Assembly: GCA_963977015.1 (NCBI GenBank)
Contig: CAXBMO010000002.1
Span: 192,001-256,000 of the forward strand
DNA length: 64,000 nt
From: an uncultured bacterium
Lineage (GTDB): Bacteria > Verrucomicrobiota > Verrucomicrobiia > Verrucomicrobiales > DEV007
Direction: 5' to 3'
Position 1 is the first letter of the stretch; each line of letters begins with the position of its first letter. Positions 28,141 to 36,866 of the stretch are shown in pieces. The notes under the pieces are model-generated. The model had not been told where the DNA came from, did not search any database, and saw nothing but the letters and a program-made list of their open reading frames with translations. Both the position numbers and the translations under genes were made by a program.

Positions 28141-28187
28141 TTGCTCCGCTCCCTCACAACGCCTTGCAGGAAGCCAAATCTCTTCGC
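28141..28187. repeat. Right arm of the split palindromic element
   Basis: GCTCCG, TCAC, AACG, TGCAGG and GCCAAA blocks are complementary to 27278-27322. Confidence 0.8.
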
Positions 28188-28217
28188 GGCATTGGCAACA
28201 CCTCCACTTCAAACGCT

Positions 28218-29159
28218 CTAACGCATTTTCTCGAAGCGATTCGTCAACAGCTCAACGCTGGACTTGTTGCCGGTTGCATCCAGCGCCTTGTCCGTGAGCT
28301 GCTGCTCGAGAGCGTTCTTTGTCGGACGTTCAACCTCGTAAAAGACGCCAAACTTGCCCGGCCAAGGTTCATCAGCCAACTTGAAAGCTTTGTTCTGATC
28401 GGTGATGTCATGGCGCTTCCAGTCATCTTCGCTGTCGTCCCACTTCTTCTCTTCGATCAACTCAAACTTCCCGTCTTTGCGAGGATTCGCCTCATCAAAG
28501 GAACCTTTGTAGAACACAACGCACTCGGAAAGGACCTCAACGACGCTAAAGCCGGGATGCTTGATCGCGCGCTCGAACATCTCCATCATGTGCTTCACTT
28601 GAGCAGCATGGGTGCGAGCCACAAAGGACGCGCCACTGGAAACCAGCTTCTTCATGGGGTTGATCGGTTGATCAACCGCGCCCGTTGGATCGGTTTTCGA
28701 CTTGAAACCAATCGGCGAAGTCGGGGAAGTCTGCTTCTTGGTCAATCCATAGACAAAGTTGTCCATGATGACGTAGGTCAGGTTGACGTTCTTCCGAGCG
28801 CAATGCTCAAGGTGATTCCCACCAATCGAAAATCCATCACCGTCCCCACCAAAAACGAACACGTTGAGATCCGGACGCGAAAGGCTAACGCCGGTCGCAA
28901 ACGGAAGAGCCCTGCCATGAATGAAGTGAACTCCGTGACCATTCACGAAATACGGAAACCGTGACGAGCACCCAATCCCGGCAATCGTCGCGATTTTCTC
29001 ATGGGGGATCTGGAGTTTCTCCACAATCTTGAAGAAGGAAGCAAGGACAGCGAAGTCGCCACAGCCCGGACACCAGGTTGGGTGATCCGCCGTTAAATCC
29101 TTTTTCGTCAACTTTGGAGCCTCGAACGGTGGAGCTTCTTTGATGTCGATGGTTGCCAT
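28218..29159 (-). CDS. korB: 2-oxoacid:ferredoxin oxidoreductase beta subunit
   Basis: PTWCPGCGD, GIGCSSR, GGDGD and DNFVYGLTKKQTSPT. Substrate specificity was not determined. Confidence 0.93.
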   Translation of the reverse strand: MATIDIKEAPPFEAPKLTKKDLTADHPTWCPGCGDFAVLASFFKIVEKLQIPHEKIATIAGIGCSSRFPYFVNGHGVHFIHGRALPFATGVSLSRPDLNVFVFGGDGDGFSIGGNHLEHCARKNVNLTYVIMDNFVYGLTKKQTSPTSPIGFKSKTDPTGAVDQPINPMKKLVSSGASFVARTHAAQVKHMMEMFERAIKHPGFSVVEVLSECVVFYKGSFDEANPRKDGKFELIEEKKWDDSEDDWKRHDITDQNKAFKLADEPWPGKFGVFYEVERPTKNALEQQLTDKALDATGNKSSVELLTNRFEKMR

Positions 29160-29185
29160 GATAATAGGAAAAAATAAGGTAACTA

Positions 29186-31015
29186 CTAAACTTCTTCGAT
29201 CGCCAGATACTCGTCAATCCCGTCGATGATCTCCCGAATCTTGAAGGTCAGGCCATCTGTCTTGCAGATGCTCTGAATCTTCGGATTGCAGAATCGCGAA
29301 CGCAACAACGTCGCCAACTGGCCCTGGCCGTAAAGGCCCTCGTCGTTCATCTCGACAACGAAAATGTGATTGAAGCGATCGAAAATATCACCGAGACCGG
29401 GAGCCATCGGATTCAGGTGCCGAAGGTGGACTGCACCGACTTTGTGATCATCCTTTCTCAAGCGATCAACCGCCTCGCGGACGGGACCGTAGGTCGATCC
29501 CCAACCGACCAACAGGACTTCACCATCGTTCACGCCGTAGACCTCAGGCGGAGACAGTTCCTTCTCCAAATCCCGCAATTTATTGCGGCGTCGAGCAACC
29601 ATTTGCACGTGCAGTTCGGGCTTCGCGGTGGGATGGCCCCACTCGTCATGCTCCAAACCGGTAACGACCGGGTATTTGCCACCGTCAATTCGCTTTCCTG
29701 GAGGCGCGTGCTTTGTCACTCCATCCAGCGGATACGGCTTGAATTCGTCCTCAATCGGCGTCAGATCCAAAACGGGATCAACCGTCAATTTCGCAATGTC
29801 GGGTTGCTCAAACGCTTCAATCCGGGATGCCAGAGCCTGGTCCGAAAGCACAATCACGGGAACGCTGTATTTTTTCGCAATCCGAGCGGCTTCCAGCGCG
29901 ATGTAGAAGCAATCCTCAACATCTTTCGGCGCCAAAACCACACGCGGAGTGTCGCCATGGCTGCCGTAGATCGCCTGCATCAAATCACTTTGCTCTACAC
30001 TGGTCGGAAGGCCGGTCGACGGACCGCCACGTTGCACGTTGATCACAATCAGAGGCAACTCAGCCATGGTTCCCCAACTCAAAGCTTCCATTTTGAGAGA
30101 GAGACCGGGGCCGGAACTTCCCGTGACGGCGAGGTGCCCGGAATAGGCGAATCCCAAAGCCATCGAAACTGCCGCCAACTCATCCTCGGCCTGAATAAAG
30201 GTTCCTCCATAACGAGGCAGCTCCACCCTCAACCCTTCCATGATGGAAGACCAGGGAGTAATTGGGTAACCGGCACCGTAGCGAACGCCAGCTGCGATCA
30301 GCCCTTGCGTTAGCGCCGTGTTACCGTCCGTTGCCACCCGATGTTCATCTTTCGAGTGGCCAACCTTCATGTCGAAGGCCAACTTGAGAACGTCGCCAAG
30401 CGGATAGGAAAAACCGGCATCGAAGGCCAATTCAGCGTTGCGAAGCACGGACTCATGCTTGGAACCAAACTGACGGCGAATGATCTCGAGCAACTTCGAG
30501 CGATCGAGATTGAAAATGCTGCAGATCAATCCCAGCGCGAACATGTTCTTGCCACGATCTTTGGCGGAACCTCCGATAGCCTCAACCGTCGCACTGGTAA
30601 GCGGAACGCCGACAAACGTGAACCGGGGGTCATTCTCCTTGGGCTCGACATGATCGGAATCGTAAAGACAGATGCCACCCTCACGAAGCGAATCGATGTG
30701 GTTGTCAAAGCTGTGCTGATAAAAGGCGACCAGGAAATCCGCGCGATCGCCGGAACTGAGCACTTCACCGGAAGCAAGGCGAACCTGGAAGATCGACGCG
30801 CCACCCGAAATCGTTGCCGGAATGGTCATGTAGGTCATGACATCGCGGTCGCTGCGACCGGCCAGTTTTGCGAGCATCCCGCCGATACTTTGAATCCCAT
30901 CCTGGGAATCGCCGGCAAAGCGGATTACTGCATCTTCAACTTGCTCGGTCTTGAGACCGGTGTTGCCCGCGACGATCTGCTTCGTCGGAGCTGGAGGGGT
31001 GGCGACATCGCTCAT
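29186..31015 (-). CDS. korA: 2-oxoacid:ferredoxin oxidoreductase alpha subunit
   Basis: IRFAGDSQDGIQ, GYPITP, QAEDELAA and QRGGPSTGLPT. Confidence 0.93.
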   Translation of the reverse strand: MSDVATPPAPTKQIVAGNTGLKTEQVEDAVIRFAGDSQDGIQSIGGMLAKLAGRSDRDVMTYMTIPATISGGASIFQVRLASGEVLSSGDRADFLVAFYQHSFDNHIDSLREGGICLYDSDHVEPKENDPRFTFVGVPLTSATVEAIGGSAKDRGKNMFALGLICSIFNLDRSKLLEIIRRQFGSKHESVLRNAELAFDAGFSYPLGDVLKLAFDMKVGHSKDEHRVATDGNTALTQGLIAAGVRYGAGYPITPWSSIMEGLRVELPRYGGTFIQAEDELAAVSMALGFAYSGHLAVTGSSGPGLSLKMEALSWGTMAELPLIVINVQRGGPSTGLPTSVEQSDLMQAIYGSHGDTPRVVLAPKDVEDCFYIALEAARIAKKYSVPVIVLSDQALASRIEAFEQPDIAKLTVDPVLDLTPIEDEFKPYPLDGVTKHAPPGKRIDGGKYPVVTGLEHDEWGHPTAKPELHVQMVARRRNKLRDLEKELSPPEVYGVNDGEVLLVGWGSTYGPVREAVDRLRKDDHKVGAVHLRHLNPMAPGLGDIFDRFNHIFVVEMNDEGLYGQGQLATLLRSRFCNPKIQSICKTDGLTFKIREIIDGIDEYLAIEEV

Positions 31016-31256
31016 GGGCGGGAATCAGCGTTTGATTACGAAAATTTACGAAAAAGTTACGGGAGGGACGGGATTCATCTGCCAGCTTTTAAAATTTGGC
31101 AAGACGTTTTGGAGGCTTTTGACAGACCATTAGACGTTGCTCCGCGTTCGATATTACTTTGGCAACGTTGAAGTGCCCAAATCACCGCCGAACTGGTCCG
31201 TGGAGAAAACGCCTGAACTGGGATAACAGCTCTATCATCGGCACCAGATCAGCGCC

Positions 31257-32045
31257 TTAAGGAGTCTTTTTCGCCTCCAGTATTCGGCGAATCCGGCTTT
31301 GGTTATCTGGATGCGACGAGAACATGTAAGCCCAATTCGGCATCGAGCCATTCTCTTCCAGAACCTCAAACAAAGCTTCCGCGCCCTCGGTCTCACCATA
31401 CACTGACAACACACAGCGAAGTCCGAATTCGTCAGCGCCGGACTCCTGACCTCGGGAATACTTTGCCAACACCAAATCGGTTGGCCCCCGAGTGAACGAC
31501 TGGAGATCCGCTCCAAAAATCAGTTGAACCCCAATTCCGAATCCCAGCTTTCGCCCCAGCCCGCGCAGATGATCCCGCTGCGCAAAATGTCCCAACTCGT
31601 GAGCGAGCACAAAGGCGATGGCGATTTCTTCATCGAGAGAATTCAGCAACCCACGCGTAACTCCGATGCTGCCACCCGGAACAGCAAACGCGTTGGGAGA
31701 TAGATCGTCCAGATAGATCAACGTGTAGTCGATCTGAGGAACCTCTTCGTAACTTTGCAGCTTTTCGAGAACGGCCTCACAACGGGCGAATTTTTCTTTC
31801 TGCGAATCGGGAATCTTCGCGCCTGCCACGATTCCATTTTCGGAGCCCCCAAACAATTGCTGTTCGCGTTGCGGCGAAACCTTGGACACCACGACTTCCG
31901 TGATTCCGACAACGAGGAAATAGATGATCGTAAGCGCAAGCGCCACAAGCACGGCCAACGTGCCGATCTCTTTGACGAGTCCCCGGTCTCCGCCCCCACT
32001 ACTCGCCTCTGCCGCATCCCCAAGGTCCTTCTGGATGAACTTCAT
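31257..32045 (-). CDS. M48-family metallopeptidase
   Basis: PNAFAVPGG, LAHELGH, YSRGQESGAD and SSHP; N-terminal TM helix. Confidence 0.9.
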   Translation of the reverse strand: MKFIQKDLGDAAEASSGGGDRGLVKEIGTLAVLVALALTIIYFLVVGITEVVVSKVSPQREQQLFGGSENGIVAGAKIPDSQKEKFARCEAVLEKLQSYEEVPQIDYTLIYLDDLSPNAFAVPGGSIGVTRGLLNSLDEEIAIAFVLAHELGHFAQRDHLRGLGRKLGFGIGVQLIFGADLQSFTRGPTDLVLAKYSRGQESGADEFGLRCVLSVYGETEGAEALFEVLEENGSMPNWAYMFSSHPDNQSRIRRILEAKKTP

Positions 32046-32551
32046 GCCGCAGCAGATTGAGGTTGGTAGGAAACGGCATATTTGATCGCCGTTCCAAACG
32101 CGAGAACCTCAACGCCGCCCACCCCGTTCTTCCGATCGTGAACCGAGGCGATATTGGACGTGACAATGCGAAGATTGACAATGATGTGGCAATCCGGGGC
32201 CTGCTCCTTCAATCGCAGGATCGCCTCCCGTTTGCCCCGATCGAGCAAGCTTTCGTAGGACCTGATATTCCCACCAAAGATGTTCCGAAACCCCGCCAGG
32301 ATGCGTTTGAAGTGATCAAGCGAAACGACCACGGAAGAGGAGACCAGACGTGAGTCCAAAACAGTTGCCGCGGGATCCCACGTTGAGGTCGGCACCGCCG
32401 GATAATGATTCATCGCCGCCTCGCGATCGCGGATCGAGCGGAAATGCTGTTGCTCCAGATACCGGCCAATGAACATCGCACCGATCGCAAAGATGACCGG
32501 AAACGAGTAGGCGACCAAGATAAATATCAGCTCTGCAGTTGAGTCATCCAT
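32042..32551 (-). CDS. Membrane-anchored YbjQ-family protein
   Basis: AGFRNIFGGNIRSYESLLDRGKREA and EVLAFGTA; N-terminal TM helix. Confidence 0.88.
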   Translation of the reverse strand: MDDSTAELIFILVAYSFPVIFAIGAMFIGRYLEQQHFRSIRDREAAMNHYPAVPTSTWDPAATVLDSRLVSSSVVVSLDHFKRILAGFRNIFGGNIRSYESLLDRGKREAILRLKEQAPDCHIIVNLRIVTSNIASVHDRKNGVGGVEVLAFGTAIKYAVSYQPQSAAA

Positions 32552-32569
32552 GGCAAGAGTCGGTCTGGA

Positions 32570-32935
32570 TTAACCCATTGCAGGTGGAACCGGAATTGCA
32601 GGAACCGAAGCGCCGCCGGCAGACTGGACCTGAACTGCGGTCCCATAAACGTAGAGTTCGGCAGCTCCCTGCGTAACCGCTGACGTCGAAAATCGCACAT
32701 TGACGATGGCATTGGCTCCGAGTGTTTGAGCCTGTTGGATCATGCGCTCGACCGCCTGCTTCCGCGCGTCTTCAAGGAGTTCGGTATAACCTTTCAACTC
32801 ACCGCCAACGATGTTCTTAAGCCCGGCGGCGATGTCTCTCCCGACGTGCTTCGCTCGAACGGTGTTTCCCGAGACCAACCCGAAGTGGGCCACGATTTGC
32901 TGTCCGGGGATGGTTTCAATATTGGAAATAAGCAT
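32570..32935 (-). CDS. YbjQ-family (UPF0145) protein
   Basis: GRDIAAGLKNIVGGELKGYTELL, GANAIVNVRF and ELYVYGTAV. Confidence 0.93.
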   Translation of the reverse strand: MLISNIETIPGQQIVAHFGLVSGNTVRAKHVGRDIAAGLKNIVGGELKGYTELLEDARKQAVERMIQQAQTLGANAIVNVRFSTSAVTQGAAELYVYGTAVQVQSAGGASVPAIPVPPAMG

Positions 32936-33081
32936 GGCAGTGGTTTTCTACAGGAATCGAGGCTGGACTTTATTGTCCGGTTAGGCAAGCGGCATTTTAT
33001 TTTCACCGGGCGATCGACCAACGCTGGCTTCGGAACAAATTTTTCGCTTCGCATCTGGTTTAAACTTGTTAGCTTTCAAGC

Positions 33082-34332
33082 ATGAGTCGTTTTCTGGTTT
33101 TTGCCCTTTTTTCCCTTTTGGGCTCGGCATTCGGGCAGAGGGATTTCGAGTTCGAATGCTCGCTGGATGCGCTGGTCAACATTCCCGAGAACTGGGAGAT
33201 GACGCCGAAGGATCTCGACGAGGCGTTTTCGAAGCCGGAAAGCATGAAGGAAAACGTGTATTTCACGTGGCTGACCAAAAATCGTGACCGCGCTCACTTC
33301 ATCCGTCAGCCCTATTCGAACGTGACGGTCGATTTGAGCCTGTTCGGGGGAGAAGTTCCGGTGGAGGAGGCGGTTGCCGATTTCGACGATGGCAAGCTTC
33401 TCGGAGTCACGTTTTCCGTTTACAACCGGGGTGATTCCGGTCCTGAAGGAATTGATCTGGAGGAGTTTCAGCGTCGATTCAAGCTCTGCGGACAGATGCT
33501 GGGCAAGAACCTGGAAGTCCGCCCCTTCCAACGCAAGGCCAACCCAACCCAGGGACTGCTGACGGAAGGTTGGACGTTCATTTCCAGTCACGGAATGGCC
33601 GTGGTTGAACACAATCCCGAGGCAATGACCGGCCAGGCCGAATTTCTCCGCATGCGAATCATGCGACGGGATGCCAAGGGAGCGATGGCGGCGGCGATGC
33701 AAAGCCGAAGTGGCGCGTCCGTGCGGTTGAGTGACTTGCCAGCAAATGTGACACGAAATCCGGACGGCGATATCTACATCGCAGGCATTCCGATGGTGGA
33801 TCAGGGACCAAAGGGATACTGCGTCGTGGCGTCGGCACAGCGACTCTTCGAGTATTACGGAATTCCCTGCGATCAGCATCAACTGGCCCAGATTGCAGGA
33901 ACGACCGCCTCAGGCGGAACGAGCACCCTTGCGATGAGCGAGGCGCTGGGAAAGATCGACCATCGCTTCAAAACGCGGTTCAAAGCGTTGGGAATGCTCG
34001 CGACGAACGGGAAACTCTACGAACCGGACCGCGATATGCGGCTGAAAAATGACTTTGAAGCGAACGACTTTGAGAAGGCAATCCAGCGTTACGTGGACGA
34101 CGGCATTCCTCTCCTGTGGGCGCTGACATTGGGCCGTTTTCCCGAGGAGCCTTCCATTTCCCTGCAAGCCACCGGTGGTCACATGCGAATGATCATCGGT
34201 TACAACCCCGAAAGCGGAGATGTGCTCTTCTCCGACTCATGGGGCGCTGGGCACGAGGTCAAACGGATGAAGCTGGATCACGCTTTTCAGGCAACACACG
34301 GGCTTTTCGTGATGCATCCCACCACGCGCTGA
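33082..34332 (+). CDS. Secreted C39-like cysteine peptidase
   Basis: Signal peptide; VDQGPKGYCVVAS (Q..C), GHMRMIIGY (H) and SDSWG (D). Confidence 0.85.
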   Translation: MSRFLVFALFSLLGSAFGQRDFEFECSLDALVNIPENWEMTPKDLDEAFSKPESMKENVYFTWLTKNRDRAHFIRQPYSNVTVDLSLFGGEVPVEEAVADFDDGKLLGVTFSVYNRGDSGPEGIDLEEFQRRFKLCGQMLGKNLEVRPFQRKANPTQGLLTEGWTFISSHGMAVVEHNPEAMTGQAEFLRMRIMRRDAKGAMAAAMQSRSGASVRLSDLPANVTRNPDGDIYIAGIPMVDQGPKGYCVVASAQRLFEYYGIPCDQHQLAQIAGTTASGGTSTLAMSEALGKIDHRFKTRFKALGMLATNGKLYEPDRDMRLKNDFEANDFEKAIQRYVDDGIPLLWALTLGRFPEEPSISLQATGGHMRMIIGYNPESGDVLFSDSWGAGHEVKRMKLDHAFQATHGLFVMHPTTR

Positions 34333-34552
34333 CCAGGTCGAGCGGAAGCTCGATCCCACGGAAAAATCAGGCCGAAGTCAGGCCCGCCTGAAGCCCGCAA
34401 GGAAGGCGCTCCCGGTTGAATCCGAGAACCGCAGCATCACACTAGCATTACGAGAAGGAATTTTTCATAATTTTCGCAATTTGGATCTTTCATAAAATAT
34501 CAAGTGATGTTAATATTCATACCGGTTCCTTTTCCTTTTTGCTGCTTCTCCT

Positions 34553-35281
34553 ATGACTTTCACTCCATCCATCGGCCAGAGTCCGGATGACGACGAAGAA
34601 CATGACGACTGTTTTTTGCCCAGTCACCCTCAAACTCAATCCCAGCCCCAGTTCCAACCTGAAATCCACACCTTCCACGCCAATGCGGCCGCGGCACCTT
34701 CAGGGTTCTATCAGGGGGATACCGGCTACCACGCGGAGCAAGACTCCACCACGTCCTTCGAACGCAAGGTTCACCATGCCCAACACGAACTGAACACCCT
34801 GCGCCAACAGCGCGACCACGTGATTCAGCAAAAGCAGGCGTGGCAGCAAATCCACGAGCGTCGATCAAAGTTTCAGGAGGAGCGCCGCGACCTCATGGAC
34901 CGGCTCTCCCGTTCCATCGTCGAGTATGAAGAAGGAGCGGCCCAAGCAGTTCGTCAGGCCGACGCCATGAATTTGGCCGCCGATTCGTTTCGGCGCCACT
35001 TGGCGGTGATCGAGACAATTCACCCGGAAAATTGGAATGATGACGAGATCCATCTCGAGTTGAGCCGCGCCCAATCCATCATGGATGAAGCACTGGACGA
35101 CTACAGTTCCGCGGTGACCAAAATTTCGAGTCTGGGTGTCAAGGGACGCAGCTCACTCGCCAAATCCAAGCTGGCGGGCAACTACGTTCAATCACTTCGC
35201 TCAGGTCTACTCTCGTGGCTGCCGTTGCTCATTCTCGGCATCGTTGCCGCCGTCTTGATCGCCACGGCACTCAGTCGATGA
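34553..35281 (+). CDS. Coiled-coil protein with C-terminal TM anchor
   Basis: Acidic disordered N-terminus, long heptad-rich helix, hydrophobic C-terminus. Confidence 0.75.
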   Translation: MTFTPSIGQSPDDDEEHDDCFLPSHPQTQSQPQFQPEIHTFHANAAAAPSGFYQGDTGYHAEQDSTTSFERKVHHAQHELNTLRQQRDHVIQQKQAWQQIHERRSKFQEERRDLMDRLSRSIVEYEEGAAQAVRQADAMNLAADSFRRHLAVIETIHPENWNDDEIHLELSRAQSIMDEALDDYSSAVTKISSLGVKGRSSLAKSKLAGNYVQSLRSGLLSWLPLLILGIVAAVLIATALSR

Positions 35282-35508
35282 ATTCGCGCAAGAAGCTCAA
35301 CGAGTTGAACCAGGTGGAGCATCGACTGAATGCCCGTATTGAAGCCCTGGAACAAGTCGTTTCGCGATCCGCGAAGCCAACTCAACGCAACTCGCCGCTT
35401 CGCAGGAAGCCTGTGAACCCTTCCGAGCGCGAGCACTTCCGCCAGTTTCTCATGCTGCTCGGCATCCTGATCGGCGTTGCACTCTGGATGCTTTATCTGG
35501 CGACCTGA
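35278..35508 (+). CDS. Small coiled-coil protein with C-terminal TM helix
   Basis: ATG overlaps the upstream TGA (ATGA); MNSRKKLNELNQVEHRLNARIEALE...; terminal TM helix. Confidence 0.7.
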   Translation: MNSRKKLNELNQVEHRLNARIEALEQVVSRSAKPTQRNSPLRRKPVNPSEREHFRQFLMLLGILIGVALWMLYLAT

Positions 35509-35552
35509 GTCTGATAGATTTCCGACTCTCTGCGGGTGTATGGGGCTTGAAA

Positions 35553-36794
35553 ATGCCCAACTTGCCCTTCACCACCGCCCTCGCCTTTTTCGCCACGCTT
35601 TTCACAACTTCCGGTGCGGAGAATTGGCCCGGCTGGCGCGGCCCTCGCGGTGACGGATCGGCGAACGCACCAAATCTTCCGGTCGAGTGGTCGGTTGAGT
35701 CCGATGTGCGTTGGAAGGTCGAACTTCCAGGCAAGGGCCATTCCTCCCCCATCATCTGGGAAGATCGCATTTTTGTGGTGACCGGGATCGAGGAATCCAG
35801 TGAGCGGATCCTTCAATGCCTGGATCGCACGAGCGGAAAAGAGATCTGGCGAAAAACGGTTTTGAAGTCGCCGTTCGAAGGCATTCATCGCCTCAACAGC
35901 CGGGCCTCCAGCACTCCCTCCACCGATGGCGAACTCGTTTTTGTGAGCTTCCTCGACGGGGAAAACATGTTCATCGCGGCTTACGACTTTGAGGGCACCC
36001 AGATCTGGACGAAGCGACCGGGAGTCTTCTCCAGCAAACATGGATACTGCTCCAGCCCGATACTTTGGAACGACAAGGTCATCATCAACGGGGATCACGA
36101 CGGCAACGCCTACCTCGTGGCGCTCGATCGCAAGACCGGGGAAACGATTTGGAAGACGGACCGCCCCAACAAGACGCGGAGCTATTGCACGCCGATCATC
36201 CGCCGAATCGGAGGTCGCAACCAGATGATCCTGAGCGGGAGCAAATCCGTCGCCAGTTTTGATCCGGACACCGGCAGGCAACACTGGGTCATGGACGGTC
36301 CCACCGAGCAGTTCGTCGCTTCGCTCGTTTACAACGGCAAGTATCTGTTCCTGACCTGCGGATTCCCAGAACGCCACATGATGGCGATTCGCCCCGATGG
36401 AAGCGGGAACGTCACGGATTCCGCCATCGTCTGGCGAACGACCAAGGGCGCGAGTTATGTCCCGAGCCCCGTCGCAATCGGCGACTACTTTCTCGTGGTC
36501 GCAGACAATGGCGTTGCCAGTTGCTTTGCCGCAGAATCCGGTGAGCGACTCTGGCAGGATCGCCTGATCTCCACGAGCGGCCTCTCGCCCAAACACAGTG
36601 CATCGATGCTCGCCGCAAACGGTCTCGCCTATTTTCTTTCCGATTCCGGAGTGATGACGGTCGTAAAACCCGGGCCGAACCTGGAAATCGTCGGCCAAAG
36701 CTTCCTCGGCGAAGAAACGTATGCGTCTCCGGCGGTTTATGGCGACCACCTCTTCATTCGTGGGGACAAGCACCTGTATTGCATCGGCAAATAA
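35553..36794 (+). CDS. PQQ-like beta-propeller repeat protein
   Basis: ENWPGWRGPRGDG, repeated SSP/STP and ALDRKTGETIW blades, and terminal HLYCIG. Confidence 0.9.
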   Translation: MPNLPFTTALAFFATLFTTSGAENWPGWRGPRGDGSANAPNLPVEWSVESDVRWKVELPGKGHSSPIIWEDRIFVVTGIEESSERILQCLDRTSGKEIWRKTVLKSPFEGIHRLNSRASSTPSTDGELVFVSFLDGENMFIAAYDFEGTQIWTKRPGVFSSKHGYCSSPILWNDKVIINGDHDGNAYLVALDRKTGETIWKTDRPNKTRSYCTPIIRRIGGRNQMILSGSKSVASFDPDTGRQHWVMDGPTEQFVASLVYNGKYLFLTCGFPERHMMAIRPDGSGNVTDSAIVWRTTKGASYVPSPVAIGDYFLVVADNGVASCFAAESGERLWQDRLISTSGLSPKHSASMLAANGLAYFLSDSGVMTVVKPGPNLEIVGQSFLGEETYASPAVYGDHLFIRGDKHLYCIGK

Positions 36795-36866
36795 GCCTGC
36801 GGGCTTCTGGGGGAGATCCGAAGGAATTGGGCTTCCAAATCCCGGGATTCTTGATTCAATGGCACC

